Below, in pieces: positions 1-12,764 of a stretch of DNA of 64,000 bases. The notes beneath the pieces were generated by a model. It made no database searches and had not been told where the DNA came from. It saw only the letters and a program-made list of their open reading frames with translations. The DNA comes from Camelus ferus. Its lineage: Eukaryota. Position 1 is the stretch's first letter; every line of letters starts with the position of its first letter. Location of the stretch: positions 310,001-374,000 of the forward strand of contig NC_045696.1 in assembly GCF_009834535.1 (NCBI RefSeq), given 5' to 3'. The translations under genes were made by a program, and so were the position numbers.

Positions 1-849
1 CTTGTGCACCCAGGCTCTTGCTGTGGGAAGGCGTCTACACATGAAGACCAGCGTGGGAGGCCCGGGTGTGGACTCATGATTTCACAGATGCATCTGCTGT
101 GCCCACCTGTGTGCACATGTGTTCGTATGTGTAGGTGTGTGTCTATTCACAGCGCACTGCTTTAGCTGGGAGCCGGAGGAGCAGTGGCACAGCAGTGGAG
201 TGAGCACGCTCGGCACCAGGCCTCAGGCTTCAGTTCCTTCCTTGCTCCTTGAGAAGTAGCTAATCCAGGGCCAGGGCTCCGGAGCAGAAAGTGACTCTGA
301 CGCACGTTATGACAGAATATAAGACAGTGAGTGAAAACGGTGTCACAGCTCAGCTGTGCCCGATCCCATCAGCTGGATGTGGACAATTTGTGCATCAAAA
401 TAGTTAAGAAACATAATGATTTATAACATCTGAGAAAACAGAGGTCCATGAGTCCTTCCTGAAGACAGGTATTTATAAAGAAGGGAGGGAGGGAGGGAGG
501 CAGGAAGGAAGAAGACAGAGTGCGGAGAGTTACCCGTCAGTGTCAGTGGAGTGCTGAAGTGGGGACATACTTCAGCACGATCGCAGTAAACGCTGCATCT
601 GGCAGAATGACCCAGCGGCTGTGAAGTGTGCGAGAGAGTTAGATGAGGATGAGGTCATGCATGTGTGTGGTCCTCACACTGCCAACTGGGTGCACAAAAG
701 GGTGACGATCGTGGGGAGCTGGACATCACTCTGGCCGGGCGTGGGGGCAGGCGGGCATCCCCCGCACCAGAACGTGCTCTTCCGGGGCTGTTTCAGCCAG
801 GATCGTGGCACCTGAGTGGAATCATGAAAAACCTGTATTTATCTCGAAC

Positions 850-2960
850 ACAGACACAAATCCTTAACAAAACTTTAGCAAATCAAATCCACAACACATA
901 AAAAGGGTAACGCGCCACAACTAAGTGGGGTTGGTCTTGAGAATACAACTTTGGCTTAATCTTCAAAAATCTATCAATGAAATTTACTATGTTAATAAAC
1001 TACAAAAGAAAACCATATGATGAGCTTAACAGGTTAAAAAATCACTTAACAAAAATCATGATAAAAATTTTCAGGATATTAGGGAAAAAAGGAACATTCT
1101 CAACCTGATGAAGAGCATCTATGAAAAACCCACAGCTAACGTCACAATTAAAAATTGCAGAAATGGATACTTCCCCCTCAAATTGGAAACAAGACAAGTT
1201 ATGTCCACTCTCAACATTTCTAATTGATGTTACTGGAAGTCTAGACACTGTAATAAAGCCAGAAAAGTAATAAAATTTAAATACCATTTACAATAGCATC
1301 AAAAATATATTTTGAGATAATTTTAATAAAATATGTGCAATATCTATACACTGAAAGCTACAAAATAGTGCTGGAAAAGATTTTTAAAAGAGCTCAGTAA
1401 ATGGAGAGATATATATCACATATATCAATTAAAATACACAATACTGTTAAGGCGCCAATTCTCTCCATATCGATCTAGAGAGTCAATGAAATACCACTCA
1501 AAACCCAGCAGGAGTTTTGGTAGAAATTAACAAAGTGATTTTAAAATATATATTAAAATGCAAAAGAGCTGGAATAGCTAAGGCAATTTTTTCATGAAGA
1601 GTTGAAAAAAACTACACAATTTTAAGATGTATTACAAAACCACATATAAAAACCCACATATAAAAAGATGATGACAGTGTGGTACTGATGTAAGGACGGA
1701 CAGATGAAGTGGAGGATCAGGACACAGAGCCCAGACACAGGCCCAACGATCCTCACCAACGAGGCCAAAGAGACTCAGTGGGGATAGAACAACCATTATG
1801 TTAAATGATCCTGGAACAACTGAACATCCACGCAGAAAAGTGAACTCAGCTTCCTATCTTACACTGATAGTAAACTTAACTCAAAATGGGTCACATACCT
1901 AAACCTAAAACTATGAAATTCTAGGAGAAAATATAGGAGTAAACCTCTATGACCTTGGGTTAGGAAAATATATCTTGGATATGACACAAACATAGACACC
2001 ATAAAAGAAAAAACTGGTAAACTGGACTTCGTCAAGATTAAAGCTTCTGCTCTCTGAAAGACACTAGTAAGAGAACAAGAACCAAGCACAGACGGGGAAG
2101 AACACAGCCCAGAAACCTGACAGGAGCATGTAAGGAACTCCCAATTCTTAACAAGAAAATAAACACTCATTGTTAAAAATAAGCAGAAGATCTGAACAGA
2201 CTCTTCTAAAAAGATACACGGATGGCAAATAAGCACATGAAAAGATCGTCATCCGTCATCAGGGAGACGCAAGTTAAAACTGTAACGAGGTGCCTCTACA
2301 CACCTACGAGGGGGGCTACAATTTAAAACCAGCACCATTGGCTGCTGGCAGGGATATGGAGGGACCGGGAATGGGAGACAGTGCAGCCACTTTGGGGATC
2401 ATTTTGGCAATTTCTTAAAAAGCTAAAACATAAACCTACTGTGTTCCAGCTGTTCTACTCCTAGGTGCTGACCGAAAAGAAATGAGAGTATACATCCACA
2501 CGGGGATCTGTGAAAGAACAGCCACAGCAGCTTCACTCCCAACAGCTAAAAACTGGAAACCACCAAAACATCCATCGGCAGGAAAAAGATAAACGATGGC
2601 ACATTCATAGCATGAAATACTAGTCGTCAATAAAAGGGACGAACCGCTGACGCATGAAGGACATGGATGAATCTGTGGGAGGAGCCAGCCAATGGAGAGT
2701 GAATGCTGTATGATACTATTTATATAAAATCCTAGGAAATGTAAACTCATCTAATAGTGCCCAGAGTAAATCAGTGTTGCCTGAGGGGAGCCACAAAGAG
2801 CGGCCAGGACCGCTACGAAGGGCACAAGGAAGCTGTGAGGGACTAGGTATGCTGGCTCGGGTGGTGGTTTCATGGTGCACACGTGTCTTAACACTTACAA
2901 AACTGTACACTTTAAGTCTGTGCAGAAGGTTACATGTCAGTTATGCCTCAACTAAGCTCT
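850..2960 (+). mobile_element. Old L1M-type LINE-1 fragment (degenerate ORF2 through 3' UTR)
   Basis: A-rich sequence collinear with L1 ORF2 (e.g. atccttaacaaaactttagcaaatc, ggaacattctcaacctgatgaagagcatctatgaaaaacccacagctaac, ggcaaataagcacatgaaaagat) ending in an L1M-like 3' UTR; many stops and indels. Confidence 0.8.
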
Positions 2961-3676
2961 TACTGTTTTTAAAATATAAAGAGTAACAAATGAAATTTAA
3001 AAATCTATCTAACCAATGTAAAGCCTGCTTCACATTGACTCAGCTTCTCCTTTTGCATCTGGACAAGGAGCTGAAAGACCTCAACAAAATCTGACCGACT
3101 GCTTGGGAGCATCAAAACACGTTTAGGTCTTAGATTGGAGATCCTCTGAATTTTCCTGCCACTCAAATCTGGTACACTGGAAAGAAAACTCCATGTGATC
3201 TTGTTAAAAGGCACTGGAAGCTGTCTCAAAAGGAAATGGTACAAATGAGGAAATGAGAATTGCACTGAATTCTCAGGGCTGCACACGGGTAAACACGACC
3301 TGCAGGAGGGAGGGTGTGGGGGCTGCTGTCGCCGGCAGGGCCGCTGTCACCGGCGGGGCCACGCTCGCACTAATCCCACACTGGTCCACAGAAAGAAACG
3401 TCCCCCCCTTCTCGTTCTCCTCCAATACCACAGATCCAAACACCTGGCACATGCAATTTAAATGTGAAGGCTTTCTCCCCCTACTTTCCTCACTCCCCAT
3501 CTGACCAACTCCAAGGCTATTCCTGATTATTTCTCCATGTGATACACACGTGGGCAATTTAAATGCACTAGGATTGTAACTGATGACTGGCTCAGGTTTG
3601 CTAAAAAGAAGACACCAAGGTGAGGTGCAATACCTGTGCTCCGCTATCTGAAAAGGAGGAAGAGAGGTATGCTTAC

Positions 3677-3811
3677 CTCCCGCCGTCTCCAGGACGCTCC
3701 CACCGCACCCTCGAGGGACTCCTCTCACAGAAGCCAGCTGTGGGCGCTCTCTGTGAGCGTGCTGGTGCTGCACGAGGCCCGTGGTGACATCAGGAGGGGC
3801 AGAGTGCAAAT
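3677..3811 (-). CDS. DIP2A: DIP2A coding exon 6
   Basis: GCAG acceptor, G|GTAAGC donor, 135 nt; (D)LHSAPPDVTTGLVQHQHAHRERPQLASVRGVPRGCGGSVLETAG(G). Confidence 0.93.
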
Positions 3812-6800
3812 CTGCTTTTGAAAAACAAACCCAAGATAAAAGAACATTAATACCAAGCTGCTGCTTAAACCCCACTGACTAAAGCTTCACTAGCTGAGCT
3901 CTGGGCAAGGAATGTAGCATTCCGATCGGCTTTGTTCTTCTGGTTGACCAGGCCACGCCAGGATCCTGTGAACTCTGAACTCCCCGGCATGGCACGTCCA
4001 GCTCTGCATGTGTGTGGCATCCGGTGCTCAGAGGGAACTAGACCAGAACCACAATGACAGCACAGGGACAGGCGTGAGTAACTTGCCTTCCTAACGATCT
4101 AATGACATTTTACTAGAAATCTCCCTCAATGAAGCAGAAACACATTTTGAAATCAATTTTTATTGGACTATTTTTTGTTATATTATAAAAATAGCTAGGT
4201 TTCTATAACTTACTCCTATTCCCCCAAAAAGTAAGTTGAATATCACAAAGACACAAAACCTCTGCCGTCATCAAAGAATAAACCTAAAACATAAAAACTA
4301 CCCTCCTGGCAGTTTAATACATCTCACTGTTAAGAGGCTGCAATCAGGTCTTTAAGGCAGAACGTACCAATGTCCCATTTAAAGACAAACTACGTTAGAT
4401 ACAGAAAATGTTTAAGGTCACTCCTTCCGCTGTCTGCACATTCTGTGTTTCGTTTTCACGATGAGGCACGTGTATCTTTTCGGGTACCGGCTGGTTGCAA
4501 GCTGCTACAGACCACTGCTACCACTGAGTCTGGAGAGTATCAGGTCTGGACCACAGCAACACTCGTCCACTCATGAGAACTGACACTGATCTGTAATCTT
4601 TAATTTTTAAATGAATGCTCCTGCCATCACAGATGCAGACACTTTAAAATTCCAATCATTTATCTATCATTTCATGACCTAGGCAGAATGCAAACTAAGA
4701 ATTTTTTAAATATGTAGAGAGATGAAATTACATGGGAGCAAAACGCAAACTCACCATTAACAATGGCAGAAAACATCATTTGGAAACATCTAACTTTAAT
4801 GACAAGAGATTTTACAACCCCGGAAAAAGCTTGATATCGATGAATTAGCATTTTAAAGTATACCTATCACAGTGTTCTCAGTTTAAAACCTCCTCACCCT
4901 TCCCAATCTAGCAAAAAGAAAGCATGATTTTTACATTTATGAAAAAAGGAATAAATGGTAATCTTAACTACAAAGTAGTTTTTAAAATATCTGCATAAAA
5001 ATAAACAAACTGCACTCAAAATAAAAATGAACTACTGTACTTACAAGTACTGCTTTTAGATACAGGCATTTAATTTGCATCCCAAAGTTTTATGTATTTG
5101 ATTTTCTTTAACTCAAAATTGAAAATGACATTTATTTTTAAATTACCTTTACCTAACATTTTCTACCTCAAATTTTTTTACCTATTATAGTCTTCTTTCT
5201 GTATTTCTTTAGCCCAAACTGAAGAATTCTCTAGTGTCAGAAACTAAAACAAGGGTGGTTTTTATGAAAAGGAGAGGGAATGGAGTATTTCCAGTAAAAC
5301 ACTTGGCCTATGAAGCTTGCAGACAGCAGTAGGGTGTTAGGCGGAGCCCAAGTTAAGATTCGTAGAACTAACTGGAACTCATCACGCATGTACGTGAGAC
5401 CAGGAGAGTGGGACAGGAGGAGAGGTGTTCCCAGCCACACCTGCAGACGTCAGGAGTCCTCTACCCCCAGAGGTGATAAACCTGCCTATGAGTCCTTACA
5501 GCCAGGACCTTTCAGAGAATGAAGACACCAACTCAAATACAAGTACAGTCAAAAGACCCCACGGCCACAGGGAAGTCAGGGCTCTATGGTCAAACATTCT
5601 GAACTGCGGTCAGTTTTTCATGTTAAAAATGCTTTTATTTCTATCCCACCAGGAAGCAGTGTTTATGACAGCTCAGCACCGGCTGAGACAGTCAAGCCAC
5701 AAGCACCTGCTCTACTGCAGGAGGCTGACCTATGCTAAGAGAACATTCAAACACCAGCGTTTCCCACACTGGAGCCACTGCCTACTGCCAGTAAGCTGTC
5801 ACCATGACTCACAGGAAAAGCAGATCGCCTAGGCTGCTGTCAAGCTCTGCACCGTAGACGCCACTGAGGACAGGTGGGTAACCACCAGCCATTTGTAGGA
5901 CCCCCAAGAAAGTTAACAAAACAATCCAGGCGCTGTTTCTCAAGGGGCCTTTTCTCGTAAAGCACGTTGCCCAGGACACCTGACAGCCCGACCCCGGCGG
6001 TCTTGGCAGCTCGTGGAAGCAGGTCGAGCGAGGCATTGTGAGTTCTCCTCTAAGACTCACATCACAGAGAAGACACAAGCTCAAGAGAAATACGCAGACA
6101 TGGTGTGCTGATTCAACCAAAGGAAAAATGAAAAGTGTCAGTGAGGACGCTGAGGCTGAAGACATCGGTCATTCTGAACACCCCGTCCAGCTAATGACCA
6201 AGCTTTACGTGAAAGTAGCTCAGCACCTGAGACCAGCGCCTGCTGGGGGTGTCTAACCCGCTAGGACCTGGGAACGCTGCCCAGTGGTCACAGGTGCACT
6301 GCTGATGTGCCATCTCAGTTTCAGCAGAACAGCAACCAACAGCAAAGAAAATGAACAGGACTCAGAACTGAGTCAGCCTGGCTCCACCTCGCGCCAGCTG
6401 ACTGGTCTCAGGGCTGCTCGTCACCCCAGGTTTCTTCCCTCCACTCTAGAAAAAATGGTGTCAAGACACGCTCCAGCAGCACTGACGCACCGTCGAGGAG
6501 GACTCTTTTCTAAGGCATGAGTGCAAGAACACGTGTGGGCCTTGTGTGCCAGCTACGTTATTATTTAAACGTTATTGTTTAAAAAACATGATTTCAAATG
6601 ATGGAAGGTTTGCAATGTTTTCCTAAGGTTAATGTAATTTAAAGGATGGGGTGATTTGGAAAAGATCTGCGCAACTCTATGACTAACTCTGACACTTCTC
6701 CCCAGGCTGGGGGTGTCTAACTTGGTGTGCGGAAGAGGAAGACTACAGCCCCAGCCCTGCCTCGCACACCCAGCACAGGACACATGGAAGAAGGAGGGTG

Positions 6801-7034
6801 GGGCAGCATGCAGGCAGCAGGTCCCCCATCGTCAGGGACTGTCCACCAGAGCAGGAGACCAGGCACTTATCAGGGCCCCCAGAGAGGCCCCCATACCACT
6901 GGGTCTGGGCCTGCCAAGCCACAGAAGCATCAAGAACCACTTCTGTTACCCAAAGGACATTTTCTGGATGAAAAGAAGGTGGGTCTGGGTGGCGCAGGGG
7001 CGCCCTGCCTGGGGCCTCCGCAGCTGTTACTGAC

Positions 7035-7244
7035 CTATGCGGGCGTGGGCCACGGGGCCTGCGGGTGCGGCAGCGGGCTTCCCTCCCGGGTGAGATGAGG
7101 TGGAGGATGCAGAGGATGAGGTGGACGAGCCCTGAATGACCTGGTCGAGCCAGGGCTCAACACTGGGGCAGCTCTGGAGTGGAGTGGAGGCCAGTTGCCC
7201 GGGTTGCCGCAAAGAGCCCTCGTCTTCTGAGGCGGATGATGTGT
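7035..7244 (-). CDS. DIP2A: DIP2A coding exon 5
   Basis: ACAG acceptor, G|GTCAGT donor, 210 nt; (D)TSSASEDEGSLRQPGQLASTPLQSCPSVEPWLDQVIQGSSTSSSASSTSSHPGGKPAAAPAGPVAHARI(D). Confidence 0.93.
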   Translation of the reverse strand, partial: THHPPQKTRALCGNPGNWPPLHSRAAPVLSPGSTRSFRARPPHPLHPPPHLTREGSPLPHPQAPWPTPA

Positions 7245-8396
7245 CTGTGGTTGAAACAACGAGGACAGGTGTGGTGTGGGTGCAACCTCGGGGCAGCGGG
7301 GCTCCCACATGGCTCTGGACCCATGCTCTGCGCACCGCTGGCTGCGCCCAGACGTCTAGAAGGGCCTGCATCTAACCGACGGTGGGATCCAAGGGCTGCT
7401 CGGGAAGCAGTGCAGGGGACTGGGTCTCGGGTCACCACGCCCGGGAGTGCAGATGGCCGCACCCTGCCCCATGGGGCCCGGATGGCAGAGGGGCCCAGTG
7501 CTCTGTGCATGCCCTGCACGCCTTCACACAAGCCCGAGGCAGCTTTGTGGCCGTCACCTGTGCCCTCTCAGGGGAAGTGAACGAGCTCCAGCAATAAAAT
7601 TAAGATGAACTCAGGTTCTGTCGAGCCAGCACAACTTGGTTTTATAGTGGGTTTCACAATTATTAGAAAGTTCTTTAAAAACTAGGTAGTGTCTGTAATT
7701 ATATTTAGTAGAAACAATAATTTGACAGTCATTTCTAAGATATTTTCAACAGTATAAACTTTTTTTTTAAGCAAGGAAACGTCACCAAACACTGCGCTAT
7801 CTCGGGAGCCTGGTGTGCCCAACCATCACGTCATCACCCACACACACACGTCACCAGCATCGCAGCTGAAACAGCAGGATGGGGGGCACATGGACACTAG
7901 CCTCACATCTGCCATGCCTGGACAGGGTTTCCTAGGAAACTTAAAATGCGCTACCCTGAAGAGAAACCCCACATAAAAGTTCCCATTTCTAATGGTGATG
8001 ACAACGAAACAACAGTAAGAAAATAAATCAAAACCCACCAATAGCCTCATACTCTCCCATTTAAGGCCTGCTAACAACACAGAAAATAACAGCTAGTAAG
8101 ATGAGAACAGCTTTAAGATCCTCCAGAAACACTCACCCCACCAAGCACTCCCTCTGGGATCTTCTCTTTACCACAAGACACAAATCGCATCTCAGCGAAA
8201 ACTTAAAATCTGCAGGCATCCTGCTGGAGGCGAGTATCTGCCCCAGAGGAGCCTGCCGTGTGGGCAGTGAGCACTGGCTGGGGCAAGGGGCACACACAGA
8301 CGTTGCCCACGTCCAGCTTCTCCCATTCTCCTCTCTACCGTCAGGAGACAGCTCCGCCTCAGGGACCCTCGCCAGGCCATGGCCCGGCCTCCGTAC

Positions 8397-8516
8397 CTGG
8401 AGGGGTGCAGGCACCCACTGGCGCATGAGCAAGGACGGAGCGCCTCTTCGACGGCATCGGCATCTTCCTCTCCTTGTATTTGGCCAAAGCTGCTTGCACG
8501 GCCTCGGTATGAACAT
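8397..8516 (-). CDS. DIP2A: DIP2A coding exon 4
   Basis: GCAG acceptor, G|GTACG donor, 120 nt; (D)VHTEAVQAALAKYKERKMPMPSKRRSVLAHAPVGACTPP(D). Confidence 0.95.
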
Positions 8517-10499
8517 CTGCACAGAAATGACAGCAGCAGAAACACATGTCACTGGGTTCCACTAGTGGGTAGCAAAACCAAGGTCCGTGTTTCCTCCACT
8601 GAGTACAGAAGCTGTGCCTACAGTGGGCCTCACATACTGGCCTGGCACTAGATTTCCATAAATACTCCTTTGTTTGTAGACTTCACTTGGCAAATATTTT
8701 CATAGATTTAAATCAAAAAGAAGAAATCTCCACACTGAAAACACAATGAAGCAGATGACCCTAATGTGTCCTGGTTGTGACACACCCACTGCGAGTGGTG
8801 AGAAAGCACTGGAGTCAGACTGTTCAGCTCGCTGCTCCAGATGCAGCTCAGGGACAGGCAGAGTCAAGTGCAGGGTGCCAGCTCTTCCTGAGGTCACACG
8901 GCCGGTGGGCATGGGGACACCACACACACAGCGTTTCTAAGTGGAGCAGGGCCTGACTGTCTATTCCATCGACCCTCCCTGGAAACAGAACTCGTGAGGG
9001 AGAGAGGAGACCAAGGAAGTGAGGGGAAATGTTGCAGTCTTGAACTGAATGGAAACCGTCAGCATGAACGCTCATGGCATTTTATCTTTAACTAGTATGA
9101 CTTACCTCCGTCCGCTAAAAATGTCCAAAAACAAGGACCAGCCCAAAAGCAAGGAGCATCCCCAGCACCTGGGCTACGGTCTTCAAACACCAGCCTCACT
9201 ACAAGAACCCCGAGGAAGGCAAGTTCCAGGGTTGGGGGGCAGGAGCATCTCATCCCAACAGCCCAAAAGCACACGGCCCAACAACACAAATTGGAGGGCG
9301 TGTGGAGCTGCTCCCAGCAGCTAAGGATGGGCATTTGAGTGTCACCAAAGGTAAACACTGGCCAGAACTGAGCACCAACTACGTGCTGAAAACAGGGTGA
9401 AAGAAAAGGCAGGAAGGGAGGGAGGAGGCAAAATTAACTGGCTGCCATCGGAGGAGGCTGATGACCCAATCCACTGCTTTGTAAATGGAAATGGAAATAA
9501 ATGGAACGAGTTGAAGACTGATCCGGGCTCTCCTGTACCTCCAGCGAGCGAGCAGGACTTCGTCCTCACAGAAGCAGTCAAGCCTCTGCAGGGAGTCACC
9601 ACTCTGCCACTCCAATGAACTAGTGGTCTGCCAGCATCCCAGGAAGACAGAGAATCAGGCCCGTTGTGCGTCGTGGTGCAACCTGGAGAAGTCTTAGGAA
9701 CAATGGGGACCCCAGTCGACCTGTCAGAGCCTAGGGAGCTGAGGGCAACCCTCTCAGAGGAGCCGCCAGACCACAGCCCAGGCCCCGGGACTGAGCTATC
9801 AAGAGGCTGGAAGCACATATCAACCACCGTGATGTGTACATCTTACTTGGTTTTGGGCCCAAATAAACTGTTTTTAAAAGCCACATGAACATTTGGGCAT
9901 TTGATACTAAGGAATTATTGTTAATTGTTCTGTAACAATTGTATGCACCTTTCAGAGATACACGTCTTCTTTTCAGATACAGAGACCAAGAATATTGTTA
10001 CATCTAAGCGAAATAACATGATCTCTGAGATTTGCTTCAAAACCACATGAGAGGGGAGGAAGCAGTGGTCAACAATGAATCCAAGACTGAGCACGGCTGG
10101 GAACTGTGGGGGCTGGACAATGAGTCCAGGAGGTTATTACACGAGTAAGTCTGCTTCTGAACATGTTTACATTTTTCTCCAACAAAATGTCTTTAAAACA
10201 TTTAGAAACATTACAGTAACATGGCTCATAGGGTGCAAATCAGGAAAGATGAAAAATTCACACCTAGACATTAAAATAAAATTTACAAACAGCAAAGACA
10301 ATGAGACAGTTCTAAAAGAAAGCTTCCAGAGAGAAAGAGTAAATCATCTTGAAGGATCAAGAAACAGACTGATTTTACTCAAAAGCAACCACTGGGCACA
10401 GGAAGGCATCACAGTTGAAGAAAAAAGTGTCGAACCTAGAATTTTATAACCAGTGAAACTATCCTTTAAACCTGGGTGTCTAATAGAAATATTCCCAGA

Positions 10500-12200
10500 T
10501 GATGTTTTGTATTTCTGTGGTATTGGTTGTAATTCCTCCACTTTCCTTTCTTGTTTTGTTTATTTGTGTTCTCTCTTTTCTCTTCTTGGTGAGCCTGGCC
10601 AGCAGTTTGTCAATTTTGTTTTCTCTTTCAAAAAAACCAGCTCGTGGTTTGATTTTTTCTAATTTTTTAAAAATATCTGTTTTATTTGTTTCTTCCCTGA
10701 TCCTTATTATTTCCTTCCTTCTGCTGACTTTTGGTTTTGTTTGCTCTTCTTTTTCTAATTCTTTTTGCTGGTAGATTAGATTATTTATTTGAAATTGTTC
10801 TTCTTTTTGAGGAAAGCCTGTATTGATTGCTATGAACTTCCCTGTTAGGGCTGCTTTTGCTGCAGCCCATAGATTTTGTGTGGTTGTGTTTGCACTGTCT
10901 TTTGTCTCAAAGTACTTTTTAATTTATTCTTTGATTTCATCATTGACCCATTGGTTTTTTAGTAGCATGTTGTTTAATCTCCATGCTGTTGTTTTTTTCT
11001 CCTTTGTTCTTCTGTGGTTGATTTCTAGTTTCATGGCATTGTGGTCAGAAAAGATGCTTGAAATAATTACTATCTTCTTAAAATTGTTGAGGCTTCTTTT
11101 GTGCCTGAGTACATGATCTACCCTAGAAAATGTTCAAAACGACAACCTACAGAATGGGAGAAAATATGTGCAAAAGATGAAACTGACAGGGGCTTGAACT
11201 CAAAAATATATAAACAGCTCATACAACTTGATAAGAAAAAACCAAACAACCCAATCCAAAAATGGGCAGAAGACCTAAACAAGCAATTCTCCAATGAAGA
11301 CATAGGAATGGCCAACAGGCACATGAAAAAATGCTCAATACAGCTAATCATCAGAGAAACACAAATCAAAACTACCATGAGGTATCACCCTACACCACTC
11401 AGAATGGCCATCATTCAGAAGTCCACAAACAATAAGTGCTGGAGAGGATGTGGAGAAACAGGAACCCTCCTACATTGTTGGTGGGAATGCAGTTTGATGC
11501 AGCCATGGTGGAAAACAGTATGGAGATTCCTCAAAAGACTAGGAATAGACTTACCATATGACCCAGTAATCCCACTCCTGGGCATATATCCAGAAGGAAC
11601 CCTACTTCAAAAAGACACCAGCACTCCAATGTTAATAGCAGCACTATTTCCAATAGCCAAGGCATGGAAACAACATAAATGTCCACTGACAAATGACTGT
11701 ATAAAGAAGTTGTGGTATATTTATACAATGGAATAATACTCAGCCATAAAAAATAATAAAATAATGCCATTTGCAGCAACATGGATAGCCCTGGAGAACG
11801 TCATTTTAAGTGAAGTAAGCCAGAAAGAGAAAGAAAAATACCATATGATATCACTCATATGTGGAATGTAAAAAAAAAAAGACAAATGAACTTACTTATA
11901 AAACAGAAACAGACTCACAGACATAGAAAACAAACTATGGTTACAGGGGGGATAGGGGTGGGAAGGGATAAATTGGCAGTTCGAGATATGCAGATACTGA
12001 CTGGTGTATATAAAATAGAGAAACATGTTTATACTGTACAGCACAAGGAACTATATTTGGTATCTGGTAGTAGCTTACAGTAAAAAAGAATATGAAAATA
12101 AATATATGTATATTCATGTATGACTGAAGCATTGCGCTGTACACCAGAAATTGACACAACATTGTAAACTGACTAGACTTCAATTAAAAAAAAAAAAGGT
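10500..12200 (+). mobile_element. Young 5'-inverted LINE-1: inverted ORF2 N-terminal piece 10500-~11135, sense ORF2 C-terminus/3' UTR/poly(A) ~11136-12200
   Basis: Sense part is open for ~200 codons ([10 protein letters not shown]...[15 protein letters not shown]...[18 protein letters not shown]); A tail at 12186-12197; 15-bp TSD agaaatattcccaga (10485-10499) / agaaaaattcccaga (12204-12218). Confidence 0.9.
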
Positions 12201-12764
12201 AAAAGAAAAATTCCCAGACATAAAACCAAAAACACTCAACGGGAGACAGTGCTCAGGAGAGAGAGAAATCTAGGAGCCCCTGCAACTGACCTGGCTGTGG
12301 CCGTGAGCACACACTGTGAACTTTACTGCTGTCTTAGAAACAAACAAAAACCTACGCACGGATAGCACAACCCATAACTAAAAACCTAGACAATGCCAGC
12401 ACGACAGGGTATAGAGCAACAGATCCAAGCAGCTCAAAAACCCCAAGCACAAGAAACAAAGAAAACTACACCAAGGCACATCATAACCAAATCACTCAAA
12501 GCCAATGGTAAAGAGAAAAAATCTAAAAAGTGCCAGAGGAGACTCACACACACAACACAACAATGATAAGGAACAACCTGGAGGAATAACAATCCTGATG
12601 CCAACAATTATTGTCAACCTGCAATCACTGAGGGAGCACAACTCCACTATAAAGACAGACAAATTCATCAACAGAACAGGACAGAGCCCAGAAAGAAAAC
12701 CACACGCACAGGCAGCTGTTTTTAGACAAGGAGCAAAGGCAACACTTTCCCAACAAATGGTTCA

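Noticed and set aside
1..3676. DIP2A exon 7 (expected GVPVNSRVSSKIQQLL...)
   Set aside because: Not found; the segment is mostly old L1, so the exon presumably lies beyond the window edge.
5809..6165. 118-aa minus-strand ORF with hydrophobic stretches as a nested small membrane protein
   Set aside because: No recognisable homology or promoter; hydrophobic ORFs arise readily from T-rich intronic sequence.
11101..11736. 211-aa ORF with a CCHC-like motif
   Set aside because: C-terminal fragment of L1 ORF2 fused to inverted L1 sequence at a GTG start; not a host gene.
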